Shown here: piece by piece, positions 45,480-54,881 of the stretch
Numbering within the stretch: the stretch's first letter is position 1
Layout: each line of letters begins with the position of its first letter
From: an uncultured Enterobacteriaceae bacterium
Lineage (GTDB): Bacteria; Pseudomonadota; Gammaproteobacteria; Burkholderiales; SG8-39
Assembly: GCA_964430565.1 (NCBI GenBank)
Contig: CAYSFD010000057.1
Location: 23,218-87,217 of the forward strand
Length of the DNA stretch: 64,000 bases
Direction: 5' to 3'
Notes under the pieces: model-generated
Told to the model about the DNA's origin: nothing
Databases searched by the model: none
The model's input: the letters and a program-made list of their open reading frames with translations, nothing else
Translations under genes and position numbers: made by a program

Positions 45480-46230
45480 GGCGATAGCCGACCGTGGCGC
45501 TCACGCTGCCGTCCTCGCGGTAGCTGCGTTCGTGGAATTCGATTTTGCCGTCCGCGCCTAAGCACAACACTGTGGAGCACCGGGTCCCGTACCCGCTGAC
45601 TGCAGGAATCCGGATGGCCGAGAGCCTTTCCTCCAGATCCGGGCTCACTCCCGTGCTGGGAAGCTCGCCGTCGGGGGCACGCTCGGTGTCGTCGAGGAGC
45701 GCAAACGCCGCTTTGGCGTCGAAGGGCCGCTCGAGCTGTGCGGCGAACTTTGTCTTTCCCTTCTCGACCTTGGGCCAGGGCGTATCGAGCAGGTGGTTCG
45801 ACAGGCCGTGCACGCCCGGCTCGACGCGCGCCGCATGGCCACCGCGGTTCGACAGGAAGTACATCGATCTGGCGTCTCCAACCAGCAAGCCGAAGCCGTT
45901 GTACTGTGTGCCGCGCTTTTCGACTTCCTGTACGTACGCCCGTGGAGCGGCCTTTCCGGTCAGAAATTCGCTCACCAGCGCGCCGCGCGAAGGGGAGCCT
46001 GTTTTCTTGTCCGCCGGGTTGCGGTAGTTCGTCAGCGCGGCGAATCGCCCACCCAATGTGATGCCGAGCCAGGTGCCGCCTGCTTCGAGATCGCGTCCCG
46101 CGAGGACGCCGGGATGGTCCTCCCAGAACCCGGCCGGCGCAGCCGGCCGCAGGAAATACTCGTCACGATTCGCAGCGACGATCAGCCGATAACGGGCATG
46201 TGTCCGCCAGGCGAGCACGATCAGGCACAT
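45397..46230 (-). CDS. NRDE family protein (TANGO2-like)
   Basis: ORF 45397..46281. ATG 46230 gives MCLIVLAWR...LIVAANRDEYF, containing the eponymous NRDE motif. Confidence 0.85.
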   Translation of the reverse strand: MCLIVLAWRTHARYRLIVAANRDEYFLRPAAPAGFWEDHPGVLAGRDLEAGGTWLGITLGGRFAALTNYRNPADKKTGSPSRGALVSEFLTGKAAPRAYVQEVEKRGTQYNGFGLLVGDARSMYFLSNRGGHAARVEPGVHGLSNHLLDTPWPKVEKGKTKFAAQLERPFDAKAAFALLDDTERAPDGELPSTGVSPDLEERLSAIRIPAVSGYGTRCSTVLCLGADGKIEFHERSYREDGSVSATVGYRLTLAPGKARASSRSAGSRPPGTLLHAR

Positions 46231-46234
46231 GGCT

Positions 46235-46519
46235 CTAGAAACCGCGGAAGATTTCCTGCCTGCGCGAAGAGCCGGGGACAAGCAGCGCCGCCAGACCGTG
46301 GTGCTTCACCAACTCCGCGAGTTCCGCTTCAAAACGCACCGGGTCTGCCACGTTCTCGTAGATCTCCATCCAGGTCGTCTCGTCGTCGCGACGCCGCAAC
46401 AGCCGTCCGCCGATACCGGTAATGCTCGTGAGCTGGCGCTGGAGAGCGCCCACCGCCGCACGCGCGCGCTTGGCGTTCTCGGCCGGAACGCGATAGTAGA
46501 CGTAGTAGGCCAGCTTCAC
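46235..46519 (-). CDS. DUF4936 family protein
   Basis: 94 aa, MKLAYYVYYRVPAENA...TWMEIYE. GTGA overlap with the ygfZ stop. Confidence 0.75.
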   Translation of the reverse strand: MKLAYYVYYRVPAENAKRARAAVGALQRQLTSITGIGGRLLRRRDDETTWMEIYENVADPVRFEAELAELVKHHGLAALLVPGSSRRQEIFRGF

Positions 46520-47496
46520 GCGACGGCGTAGGGCAGGGGAGAGAAGCGCAGCACGGGTCCGGTCAAGGATTTCAGATGCACGGTGGAGCCGTCGCGGCTT
46601 GCAGTTTGCACGACTGCAAGCAGATCGTGTCCTCCGTCGGGCGAAGCCTCGGCGTTGACGACCACTCCGCTTGCCTGATCGCCCAAATCTTCGCTGTACA
46701 GATCGTCGCCGGCGGCCGCCGGAGCGGCAACATTTGCGAGGAACATTCGGCGCTTGAGCTTGCCCAGATGCTGGGTACGCGCGATCACCTCCTGCCCGGG
46801 GTAGCAGCCCTTGTCGAAACTCACGCCGCCGATCAGTTCGAAGTTCGCCATCTGCGGAACAAGCCGGTCCTGGGTCGATGCGCTGATCAGAGGCACGCCG
46901 TTGCGGATGTCGAGCCAGCGCCAGGCGCGCGCATCCACGGATTGGAGAAGGCCCGCCAGCCTTCGTTGAAGCGCCGAAGCGGTCGATGGCGCCGATGCGA
47001 GAACAAACCTGCCGTCCTTCAGTCTGATCACCGTACCGATGCTGGACTGCCGGAAGACCTCATTCGGCATTTTCGGCAGCTCGGAAAACAGGCCGCGAAG
47101 CGCGCCCTCCGCCTGCGGGCCTGCCGCGCCCGCCAGCACGATCGTATCCGACGCCTCCGATACTTTCACCTTGGAGCGCAGCACGAATTTCGAGATATTC
47201 CCTTGCACGGCGGCGGCGATATCGCGCGACAGCGCCATGAAGAACCCGACCTCTTCCCGCCAAAGCAGGAAGTTCGCAAGCATCCTGCCCTTGGGCGAAC
47301 AGTAGGCGCCGTACACGCTCGATAGCAAACCGACCTTCGCCACATCGCAGCTCAACTGCCCCTGCAAGAAGGACTCCGCGCCCTCGCCGCTGAATTGGAG
47401 AACTCCAAGATGGCCAAGCAAGGCGAAAATGCTGCCTGACCGCGCCGCAACGAGATCAGAATCGACGATCGCAGAAAGCGGAAACGGCAAGCTCAC
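46516..47496 (-). CDS. ygfZ: Folate-binding Fe/S-cluster-related protein YgfZ
   Basis: 326 aa. Signature KGCYPGQE near the C-terminal third. Confidence 0.88.
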   Translation of the reverse strand: MSLPFPLSAIVDSDLVAARSGSIFALLGHLGVLQFSGEGAESFLQGQLSCDVAKVGLLSSVYGAYCSPKGRMLANFLLWREEVGFFMALSRDIAAAVQGNISKFVLRSKVKVSEASDTIVLAGAAGPQAEGALRGLFSELPKMPNEVFRQSSIGTVIRLKDGRFVLASAPSTASALQRRLAGLLQSVDARAWRWLDIRNGVPLISASTQDRLVPQMANFELIGGVSFDKGCYPGQEVIARTQHLGKLKRRMFLANVAAPAAAGDDLYSEDLGDQASGVVVNAEASPDGGHDLLAVVQTASRDGSTVHLKSLTGPVLRFSPLPYAVA

Positions 47497-47517
47497 TGGC
47501 TATATCCCCCGAATTGC

Positions 47518-47597
47518 CGCGAGTTGAGCGGCTAGACCGCTCCAACTCGCGGAGTTAAACCGGCAGCCGAGCTTCACGCTCGGCTGTCCGCTTTAAC
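47518..47597. other. Two strong hairpins in the ygfZ/mltG divergent spacer
   Basis: Hairpin 1 is CGCGAGTTGAGCGG-CTAGA-CCGCTCCAACTCGCG (47518-47551, one bulge). Hairpin 2 is GTTAAA/CCGG/CAGCCGAGC-TTCAC-GCTCGGCTG/TCCGC/TTTAAC (47554-47597). Confidence 0.5.
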
Positions 47598-47632
47598 AGT
47601 TATTATACGAGCGTAGTCAATCACCCCCCGAC

Positions 47633-48661
47633 ATGCGCACCTCTTTGCTGTTTCGACTGAAAATATCGCTCTTGCTGGCCGCCGCGGCGGCACTCGGATT
47701 CTGCGCCTGGATGCTCGCGTTTGCTCTCTCACCGGTCGAACTTGCTTCGCCCGCTGTGGAATTCTCAATCCGCCCAGGCAGCACGCTGCGCGGGGCAACG
47801 CGCCAGATCATCGCAGCGGGCGTGCCTGTTCCGGACTGGAAGTTCAACCTGCTCGCGCGAGCCTACGGAGCGAGCGCTAGTCTCAAGGCGGGGAGCTATC
47901 AGGTCTCGGCGGGGGTGACGCCGATGCTCTTGATTCGCAAGGTGACGCGCGGCGAATATGCTCAGACCGAGATCCTGTTCGTCGAGGGGTGGACTTTTCG
48001 CCAGATGCGGGACGCCATGGATGCGCATCCCGACCTGAAACACGATTCGGCCAAGCTCTCCGATGCGGAGGTGATGGCGAGGCTCGGGGCCGCAGACGTG
48101 TTTCCGGAGGGAATGTTCTTTCCCGACACCTACGTGTTCGCCAAAGGCTCGAGCGACATCGCGGTGCTCGCGCACGCTTACGGCGCCATGCAAAAACAGC
48201 TCCAGAGGGCCTGGGCGCAGCGCGCACCTGAAGTTCCCATGGCGGATCCGTACCAGGCGCTGATTCTTGCGTCGATCGTGGAGAAGGAAACGGGCCGTGA
48301 AAGCGACCGAGCTCTGATCGCCGGCGTTTTCGCCAATCGCCTGCGTCTCGGGATGAAGCTGCAGACCGATCCGACCGTGATCTACGGATTGGGCGAGAAA
48401 TTCGACGGCAACCTGCGCAAGAGAGATCTCGTTACCGACACGCCTTTCAACACCTATACGCGGCTCGGTTTGCCCCCGCATCCGATCGCGATGCCGGGAC
48501 TCGCCTCGATAGACACGGTAATGCACCCGGCAACGACCGATGCCTTGTACTTCGTGTCGCGAGGCGATGGCACGAGCGAATTCTCGCGCACGCTCATCGA
48601 GCACAATCGCGCGGTCGCCAAGTACCAGATGCCCGGCGCACGCAGGCGCTCGAAACCATGA
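47633..48661 (+). CDS. mltG: Endolytic murein transglycosylase MltG (YceG family)
   Basis: 342 aa. N-terminal TM anchor and YceG-like body ([20 protein letters not shown]). Confidence 0.9.
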   Translation: MRTSLLFRLKISLLLAAAAALGFCAWMLAFALSPVELASPAVEFSIRPGSTLRGATRQIIAAGVPVPDWKFNLLARAYGASASLKAGSYQVSAGVTPMLLIRKVTRGEYAQTEILFVEGWTFRQMRDAMDAHPDLKHDSAKLSDAEVMARLGAADVFPEGMFFPDTYVFAKGSSDIAVLAHAYGAMQKQLQRAWAQRAPEVPMADPYQALILASIVEKETGRESDRALIAGVFANRLRLGMKLQTDPTVIYGLGEKFDGNLRKRDLVTDTPFNTYTRLGLPPHPIAMPGLASIDTVMHPATTDALYFVSRGDGTSEFSRTLIEHNRAVAKYQMPGARRRSKP

Positions 48662-49266
48662 GCCGGGGCAAGTTCATTACTCTGGAAGGTATCGATGGCG
48701 CCGGCAAGAGCACGCATATCGCCGGCATCGCAGATTTCCTGCGCGGACGCGGCAAGGACATCGTGGTCACGCGCGAGCCCGGCGGCACGCCGCTCGGCGA
48801 GAAACTGCGCTCGCTACTCCTTTCGCAGCCGATGCACATCGAGACCGAGACTCTGTTGATGTTTGCCGCACGCCGAGAGCACATCGCGCAGGTCATCACA
48901 CCGGCGCTTGCCGCGGGCCGCTGGGTGCTCTCGGACCGCTTTACCGATGCCACCTACGCCTACCAGGGCGCGGGCAGGGGAATGGCGGCAGACAAGATCG
49001 GTGCGCTCGAACGCTGGGTTCAGGAAGGCCTTCAGCCGGACCTCACTCTGGTTTTCGACGTTCCGGTGGAAACTGCACAGCGCCGATTGACAAAAGGACC
49101 GGCGGATCGCTTCGAGCGCGAAGGGCCTGAATTTTTCGAGCGGATTCGCGCCGGGTATCTCGAGCGCGCTGCGGCGGACCGATCCCGAGTCCGCGTAATC
49201 GACAGCAGAAAACCGCTCGATGAAGTCAAGAAAGAAGTTGAGAAGATTATTTCCAATATTTGTTGA
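48658..49266 (+). CDS. tmk: dTMP (thymidylate) kinase
   Basis: 202 aa. P-loop [15 protein letters not shown] overlap with mltG. Confidence 0.94.
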   Translation: MSRGKFITLEGIDGAGKSTHIAGIADFLRGRGKDIVVTREPGGTPLGEKLRSLLLSQPMHIETETLLMFAARREHIAQVITPALAAGRWVLSDRFTDATYAYQGAGRGMAADKIGALERWVQEGLQPDLTLVFDVPVETAQRRLTKGPADRFEREGPEFFERIRAGYLERAAADRSRVRVIDSRKPLDEVKKEVEKIISNIC

Positions 49267-49271
49267 TTGAT

Positions 49272-50264
49272 ATGTTCGCTTGGCAGGAGTCTGCTTGGAA
49301 AGCCTGGGGCCACATGCGGGGGCGGCTGCCTCACGCGGTCCTGATCCAGGCCGCTGAGGGCTTGGGGGAATTTGAATTTACGCATGGGGTCGCGCAGTCG
49401 CTCCTCTGCGAAAAACCGGCTCCCGACGGCCGCGCCTGCGGTGCCTGCCCGGCGTGCCTCTGGTTTTCCCAAGGCAACCATCCGGACTTCAGGCTGCTCG
49501 TGCCGGAGAGCCTGGCACCGGAGTCGCGCGAGGAGGGCACTGGGCCCGCAAAGAAGGAAAAGCGCAGCGAGCAGATCCGCATTGAGCAGGTCCGGGAGCT
49601 CGCCGATTTCCTTTCGGTAGGAACGCATCGCGCTGGCCTGCGCGTGATCCTCGTCTATCCGGCCGAAGCGATGAACGCCAATACGCAAAACGCCCTGCTC
49701 AAGAGCCTGGAGGAGCCGCCGCCCGCGACAGTGTTTCTCCTGGCCACGACGCGGCCGGATGCCTTGCTCGCCACCGTGCGCAGCCGCTGTCTGAAATTCA
49801 CGCTGCCGTTCCCAGAGGCCGCTGAGGTTCTGCGCTGGCTCAAGGAGGAGGGCGTCAGGCAGCCCGAGGCGGCGCTGGCGGGCGCGGGAGGGGCGCCGCT
49901 GGCCGCCCTCAAGGCTGCGGAAACCGAAGCCGATCGGTTGCGTTTCATAGAAGGCCTGCAGACTCCTGGATTCGACCCGATCGCCTTGGCCGAAACCGTA
50001 CAGCGGGTACCCCTGTGGGACCTGGTCGGGTGGCTGCAGCGCTGGAGCTACGATCTGCTCCTTGCGCGGGTCGCAGGACGGATTCGATATCACGGGGATC
50101 GTGAAAGGGTGATCGCCGAGACCTCGAGTCGTTGCGACGCCGTCGCAATCGCGGGCTACCTTCGGCAGCTGGCGGGCGCTCGGGCGCTCGCCCGGCACCC
50201 GCTCAACGCGAAACTATTCGTCGAAGATCTGCTTCTCGGTTATCAGCGCCTGATCAGATCATGA
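49272..50264 (+). CDS. holB: DNA polymerase III subunit delta'
   Basis: ORF 49260..50264, ATG 49272 gives MFAWQESAWKAW. Zinc-module-like CGACPAC. Position tmk-holB-tatD. Confidence 0.88.
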   Translation: MFAWQESAWKAWGHMRGRLPHAVLIQAAEGLGEFEFTHGVAQSLLCEKPAPDGRACGACPACLWFSQGNHPDFRLLVPESLAPESREEGTGPAKKEKRSEQIRIEQVRELADFLSVGTHRAGLRVILVYPAEAMNANTQNALLKSLEEPPPATVFLLATTRPDALLATVRSRCLKFTLPFPEAAEVLRWLKEEGVRQPEAALAGAGGAPLAALKAAETEADRLRFIEGLQTPGFDPIALAETVQRVPLWDLVGWLQRWSYDLLLARVAGRIRYHGDRERVIAETSSRCDAVAIAGYLRQLAGARALARHPLNAKLFVEDLLLGYQRLIRS

Positions 50265-51070
50265 ATGCCGTATTGCCCGGGGTCCAAGCCTTTCCCGGGC
50301 TGGTCGATTCGCACTGCCATCTCGATTTTCCCGATTTCGACGGGAAAATGGCCGAGGTGCGCGAGGAAATGCGCGCGAACGGCGTGACCCACGCGCTGTG
50401 CATCAGCGTGAATCTCGGGGATTTTCCCAAGGTGCTGAAGCTCGCTGAAACGCACGATAATTTTTTCGCGACCGTCGGCGTGCATCCAGACCATGAGGAA
50501 CGATCCGCTGTGGACTCCGCGCGGCTCGTAGAGCTTGCGCAGCACCCACGCGTACTCGCAATCGGCGAGACGGGCCTGGACTACTACCGGGTGAGCGGCG
50601 ATCTCGAGTGGCAGCGCGAGCGCTTCCGAGCCCATATCCGTGCTGCACGCAGCTGCGGCAAGCCCCTCGTCATCCATACCCGCGAAGCGGCGGCGGACAC
50701 GCTGCGTATCATGCGCGAAGAGGGCGCGGCCGAAGTAGGGGGCGTGATGCACTGCTTCACCGAAACGCGGGAAGTCGCTGAAGCAGCGGTTGATCTGGGG
50801 TTTCACATCTCGTTCTCGGGCATCGTGACCTTCAAGAACGCCGCACTTCTGAAGGAGGTGGCGCGGAAGGTGCCTCTGGAGCGTTTACTGGTGGAAACCG
50901 ATTCGCCCTACCTCGCTCCCGTCCCTCACAGGGGCAAGACCAACCGGCCCGCCCTCGTTCGGCACGTGGCAGAGGAGGTCGCCCGCCTCCGTGAAATGCC
51001 GTTGGATGTACTGGCGGCGGCAACAACAGGCAATTTCTTTGGTCTCTTCAAGGCGGCAAAGCGGAGTTAG
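50261..51070 (+). CDS. TatD family metal-dependent hydrolase
   Basis: In-frame part of ORF 50132..51070. ATG 50261 (ATGA overlap with holB). Motifs DSHCHLD, VGVHP, ETDSPYL. Confidence 0.9.
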   Translation: MNAVLPGVQAFPGLVDSHCHLDFPDFDGKMAEVREEMRANGVTHALCISVNLGDFPKVLKLAETHDNFFATVGVHPDHEERSAVDSARLVELAQHPRVLAIGETGLDYYRVSGDLEWQRERFRAHIRAARSCGKPLVIHTREAAADTLRIMREEGAAEVGGVMHCFTETREVAEAAVDLGFHISFSGIVTFKNAALLKEVARKVPLERLLVETDSPYLAPVPHRGKTNRPALVRHVAEEVARLREMPLDVLAAATTGNFFGLFKAAKRS

Positions 51071-51172
51071 AAGTTACCTGAGGCAGAGGTGATAACGTCA
51101 TATTTCCACAGAGAAGGTCCTTGCGTAAGGTGTCGTATAAGTTATTTGACATAATACACATATGCAACAATA

Positions 51173-51187
51173 CGCCTGTGTCAGGCG
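51173..51187 (-). terminator. Weak putative terminator hairpin after the TPR gene
   Basis: CGCCTG-TGT-CAGGCG lies immediately 3' of the minus-strand stop at 51190. It is followed on the minus strand by a U-rich but interrupted tract. The stem is short. Confidence 0.35.
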
Positions 51188-51189
51188 AG

Positions 51190-51735
51190 CTACTTCTTCG
51201 CAGATGGAGATCGCCCTCTGAGTGCTTCAGCCAGCTTCGGGTCGAGTTTTTCCAACTGATCCAGGGCCGCCTTAGCCTCTTCGAGCTCCCCAATCCTGAT
51301 AGAAACGGCGCCCAGTTCAAACCAGCCACGAGCGAACTCGGGCTCAAGGCGCACGGCCTCGCGGTACCCCTTCATTGCCTGGTCCAGCCGACCCGCATCC
51401 CGGTAGGCTTCGCCGAGCAGGAAAAAGGTGATGTGGGAGCTGCGGCCGACGGTGCTGGCTCGCTCCAGGGTCTGCGCGGCGCGGCCCGGTTGCTTGGCAA
51501 GCCGCTGAGACTCCCCGAGCAGGTTCCAGGCGCCGATGTCCTCGGGATTGCGCTGGGTGACGGGCGAAAGCATCAAGATGGCCTGCGCATAGTCGCCCCT
51601 GCGCAGCCATGCGTAACCGGCTATGACCCCCCAGTCAGAATTTGCCGGGTCGCTCCGCTGCCGCTCTTCGGCATAGCGGACCAGTCCGGCCCAGTCCCGC
51701 TTGCGGTTCAGGTCGGCAATTCGCTCCCGATCCAC
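51190..51735 (-). CDS. Tetratricopeptide repeat protein (probable lipoprotein; true start likely upstream of 51735)
   Basis: 181-aa ORF from GTG 51735 with TPR-like repeats ([66 protein letters not shown]). The same frame stays open upstream and encodes a lipoprotein signal (see findings). Confidence 0.75.
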   Translation of the reverse strand: MDRERIADLNRKRDWAGLVRYAEERQRSDPANSDWGVIAGYAWLRRGDYAQAILMLSPVTQRNPEDIGAWNLLGESQRLAKQPGRAAQTLERASTVGRSSHITFFLLGEAYRDAGRLDQAMKGYREAVRLEPEFARGWFELGAVSIRIGELEEAKAALDQLEKLDPKLAEALRGRSPSAKK

Positions 51736-51871
51736 AAAAATATCTCCACGCCCGACGAGGGCGACCGCAGGGAGCGGATCGATCGGAGGTCCAAGCTCCT
51801 CCGGCTGGCTGGCGCATCCGGAAAGCGAAATACAAGCCGCGAAGGCCGCGATGAGCGTCCTGGAGCGGAGG

Positions 51872-52063
51872 TCAGACTTTGTTCTGATAGACGTAGGCTT
51901 GCTGCTTGACCTTCGATTCCCCGGCGCGCTTCAGTGCGTCGGGGTCGAGTTTCTTGTCCCACCACAGGGCCCGCCCTCTTTTCTGCTCCTGGACGATGTG
52001 CGGCTTTTCCTGGAGCAGCTCGCGGATCATGCGGGTGAGGTCGGATTCGTAGGGTTGCGCCAT
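51872..52063 (-). CDS. DUF3460 family small protein
   Basis: In-frame part of ORF 51872..52243. ATG 52063 gives a 63-aa protein, [42 protein letters not shown].., resembling DUF3460 proteins of betaproteobacteria. Confidence 0.7.
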   Translation of the reverse strand: MAQPYESDLTRMIRELLQEKPHIVQEQKRGRALWWDKKLDPDALKRAGESKVKQQAYVYQNKV

Positions 52064-52133
52064 GGTCGAAAAATCCAGTCTGGTGCGAATTATACGCTCG
52101 CGCGGACCGTTGGGCGCCTGAGGGCAAGCCTTC

Positions 52134-52167
52134 TTGCCAAACGGGCATGGACTGTATATAAATACAG
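52134..52167 (+). promoter_or_regulatory. lexA promoter with overlapping SOS (LexA) box
   Basis: TTGCCA (52134-39), 17-nt spacer, TATAAA (52157-62). Canonical LexA box CTGTATATAAATACAG (CTGT-N8-ACAG) at 52152-52167. GGAGG RBS at 52172-76. Confidence 0.8.
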
Positions 52168-52180
52168 ACATGGAGGCCCC

Positions 52181-52780
52181 ATGACCGAAGAGCTTACCCC
52201 CACGCAACAGAAAATTCTCAACTTTGTCCGCAAGACCATCCAAAAGACCGGTTTTCCGCCCACCCGCACGGAAATCTCCGAGGCATTCGGCTACAGCTCA
52301 GCCAATGCCGCCCAGGAGCATCTGCGCACTCTGGAGAGAAAAGGCGCGATCGAGCTGACCCCGAGCGCCTCGCGCGGCATCCGCCTTTCCGATGGCTTGG
52401 GACTGCCGTTGATCGGCCGCGTCGCCGCAGGCAGCCCCATCCTCGCAGAAGAGCATATCGAGCGGCGCTGCCAGGTCGATCCCGCCCTGTTCCAGCCGCG
52501 CGCCGACTACTTGCTGAAAGTCCGCGGCATGAGCATGCGCGATGCCGGAATTCTCGATGGCGATCTGCTCGCAGTGCACCGCACACGCGAGGCGCGCTCG
52601 GGCCAGATCGTGGTGGCACGGGTGCATGACGAGGTCACGGTAAAGCGCCTGCGCCGCCGCGGCAACGCGGTCGAATTGCTTCCGGAGAATCCCGAGTTCA
52701 AGACTATCGTCGTGGATCTGCGCGAAGATGATTTCGCCATCGAAGGTCTCGGCGTCGGTGTGATCCGCCAGCCTCTTTGA
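52181..52780 (+). CDS. lexA: LexA repressor
   Basis: In-frame part of ORF 51701..52780, ATG 52181. Winged-helix N-terminus ([30 protein letters not shown]), Ala-Gly cleavage site (RVAAGSPI), Ser/Lys dyad (GMSM...VTVKRL). Confidence 0.94.
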   Translation: MTEELTPTQQKILNFVRKTIQKTGFPPTRTEISEAFGYSSANAAQEHLRTLERKGAIELTPSASRGIRLSDGLGLPLIGRVAAGSPILAEEHIERRCQVDPALFQPRADYLLKVRGMSMRDAGILDGDLLAVHRTREARSGQIVVARVHDEVTVKRLRRRGNAVELLPENPEFKTIVVDLREDDFAIEGLGVGVIRQPL

Positions 52781-52807
52781 CGCTTGCTTTTTCGCAGACT
52801 GCTATCC

Positions 52808-53527
52808 ATGGCGGGCAGGCCTTTCTCTTTCGCCGCTCTGCTCGAGCGCCCCGACATCTGGCGCGGCGGCAGTTTGAGTCGGGCCGGCACGCCGACGGTT
52901 CCAAGCGAATTTCCCCGACTTGACGCCGAGCTTCCGGGCAGCGGCTGGCCTGCCGGCGCGCTGACCGAGATCCTGCCCGCGCACGAAGGCATCGGCGAGA
53001 TGCGCCTGCTCGGCCCCGCGCTCGCTGCGCTATCGAATCGGGGGCTGTGGCTCGCCTGGATCGCCCCGCCCCATCTTCCCTACGCGCCGGCGCTCGCCGT
53101 GGCGGGAATTGATATCGGCAAGATTGTCATCGTGCGCACCGCCTCCGCGAAAGAAACGCTCTGGGCAACCGAACAGGTGCTCGCCTCGAACGCCTGCGGT
53201 GCGGTGCTCACTTGGCCGCGGTCGGTGAAGTACGCCGATTTGCGGCGGCTGCAAATCGCCGCCGAAGGCGGCCGGGCGCCGGCCTTCCTGTTCCGCTCCC
53301 CGGAGGCTGTCGGCGAGTCCTCCCCTGCTCCTCTCCGGATTGCACTCAGCACCGCGGCCGGTGGCCTTGAGGTACGCATTCTCAAGCGCCGCGGCGCCCC
53401 CCTCGCCCGCCCCATCCTGCTGCCGGCGATGCCACCTGCCGTGCGCGGTAAAAACCATTATGTGGATCGCTATTCGACTGCCGCAACTGCCGCTCGAGAT
53501 TTTCCTCCGCGGCTCGTCCACGCCTGA
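52808..53527 (+). CDS. imuA: Translesion DNA synthesis-associated protein ImuA (SulA/RecA-like)
   Basis: ORF 52784..53527, ATG 52808. ALLERPDIWRGG...GWPAGALTEIL is typical of ImuA. Position upstream of imuB-dnaE2. Confidence 0.85.
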   Translation: MAGRPFSFAALLERPDIWRGGSLSRAGTPTVPSEFPRLDAELPGSGWPAGALTEILPAHEGIGEMRLLGPALAALSNRGLWLAWIAPPHLPYAPALAVAGIDIGKIVIVRTASAKETLWATEQVLASNACGAVLTWPRSVKYADLRRLQIAAEGGRAPAFLFRSPEAVGESSPAPLRIALSTAAGGLEVRILKRRGAPLARPILLPAMPPAVRGKNHYVDRYSTAATAARDFPPRLVHA

Positions 53528-54881
53528 GCCCTTCGCTGTCGAAGAGCGGCACCGCGTTTTCGCCTGCGACCGCAAGGCACTCGCGCGCGGCGTTCGCGCC
53601 GGCATGGCCGTTTCGGCGGCGCTCGCCTTAGCGCCCCGGCTGAGCGTTGCGCCGCGCGATCCTGCGGCGGAAACCGAGGCTTTGCTCGGCGTGGCCGGCT
53701 GGGCGGCGCAGTTTACGCCCGGCGTGGCGCTTGAGTTTCCCGATTGCGTATTGCTCGAAGTCTCGGGGAGCTTGAAGCTCTTCGGCGGCCTGGAGCCGCT
53801 CCTTGAACGCCTGCGCCGAGGGCTTAAGGAAATGGGGTGGAGCACGACGCTCGCCGTCGCTCCCACGCCGCGTGCGGCTTTCTGGCTTGCCCTCGCCGGA
53901 AAAGGGGAATTCATCGGCTCGACGGCCGAGATTGAGCCGGCCCTCGCCTCATTGCCCGTCGAGATCTTTTGCCGCAACGACGAAACACGGGCAGCGCTCG
54001 GGGCGATTGGCGTCCGCACGCTGGGCGAGCTGCGCGCGCTGCCGCGCGATGGCGTGGCGCGGCGCTTCGGACCGGGGCTGCTCGACGAGATCGATCGCGG
54101 GCTCGGGTGTCTTCCCGATCCGCGGATTTTTTTCGTTCCACCAACGCGGTTCAGAGCAGCGATCGAACTTCCAGCGGAAGTCACCCAGGCCGAGGCGCTG
54201 CTCTTCGCCGCGAGGCGGCTGATCGTGCAACTCGCCGGGTTTCTCGCCGCGCGCTCGAGCGGCGTGCAGCGCTTTGTCCTCCGGCTCGGACATCGCGACA
54301 GGGCTGCTACCGAAATCACTATCGGCCTGGTCGCACCCTCCCGCGATGCCGAACACTTCACGGTGCTGCTGCGCGAGCGGCTTTCCGGTCTCGCAATCGC
54401 CGAACCGGTACGCGAGGTCATTTTGCAAGCCGATGACCTGGTACCGCTTTCCGGCCGCAACCTTGGGTTGCTGATCGAGCAAGGCAAACCGCCCGGCCGA
54501 TGGGAATCACTGGTCGAACGGCTGCGCGCACGGCTCGGCGGCGCGGCGGTGTGCGGCATTGCCGGCCGAGCCGAGCATCGGCCGGAGCGCGCCGGCGTGG
54601 TTGCCGATCTTGAAGCAAAGCAAATGCAGATGGATTTCGGCGAGCGTCCCTTCTGGCTGCTCGATCGTCCACGGCCGCTTGCGGAAATCGACGCCGTGCC
54701 GCATCACGACGGGCGGCTTGAGCTGCTCGTCGGCCCGGAGCGCATCGAGTCGGGATGGTGGGACGGGGACGATGTCGCCCGTGACTACTTCGTCGCCCGC
54801 ATGCAGAACGAAGCGCTCGTGTGGATCTATCGCGAGCGCCGCGGCGAAGGGGGATGGTATTTGCACGGTGTATTCGCGTGA
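53460..54881 (+). CDS. imuB: Y-family polymerase-like protein ImuB
   Basis: In-frame part of ORF 53340..54881. ATG 53460 gives MWIAIRLPQLPLEIF, typical of ImuB. 68-nt overlap with imuA. Confidence 0.87.
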   Translation: MWIAIRLPQLPLEIFLRGSSTPEPFAVEERHRVFACDRKALARGVRAGMAVSAALALAPRLSVAPRDPAAETEALLGVAGWAAQFTPGVALEFPDCVLLEVSGSLKLFGGLEPLLERLRRGLKEMGWSTTLAVAPTPRAAFWLALAGKGEFIGSTAEIEPALASLPVEIFCRNDETRAALGAIGVRTLGELRALPRDGVARRFGPGLLDEIDRGLGCLPDPRIFFVPPTRFRAAIELPAEVTQAEALLFAARRLIVQLAGFLAARSSGVQRFVLRLGHRDRAATEITIGLVAPSRDAEHFTVLLRERLSGLAIAEPVREVILQADDLVPLSGRNLGLLIEQGKPPGRWESLVERLRARLGGAAVCGIAGRAEHRPERAGVVADLEAKQMQMDFGERPFWLLDRPRPLAEIDAVPHHDGRLELLVGPERIESGWWDGDDVARDYFVARMQNEALVWIYRERRGEGGWYLHGVFA

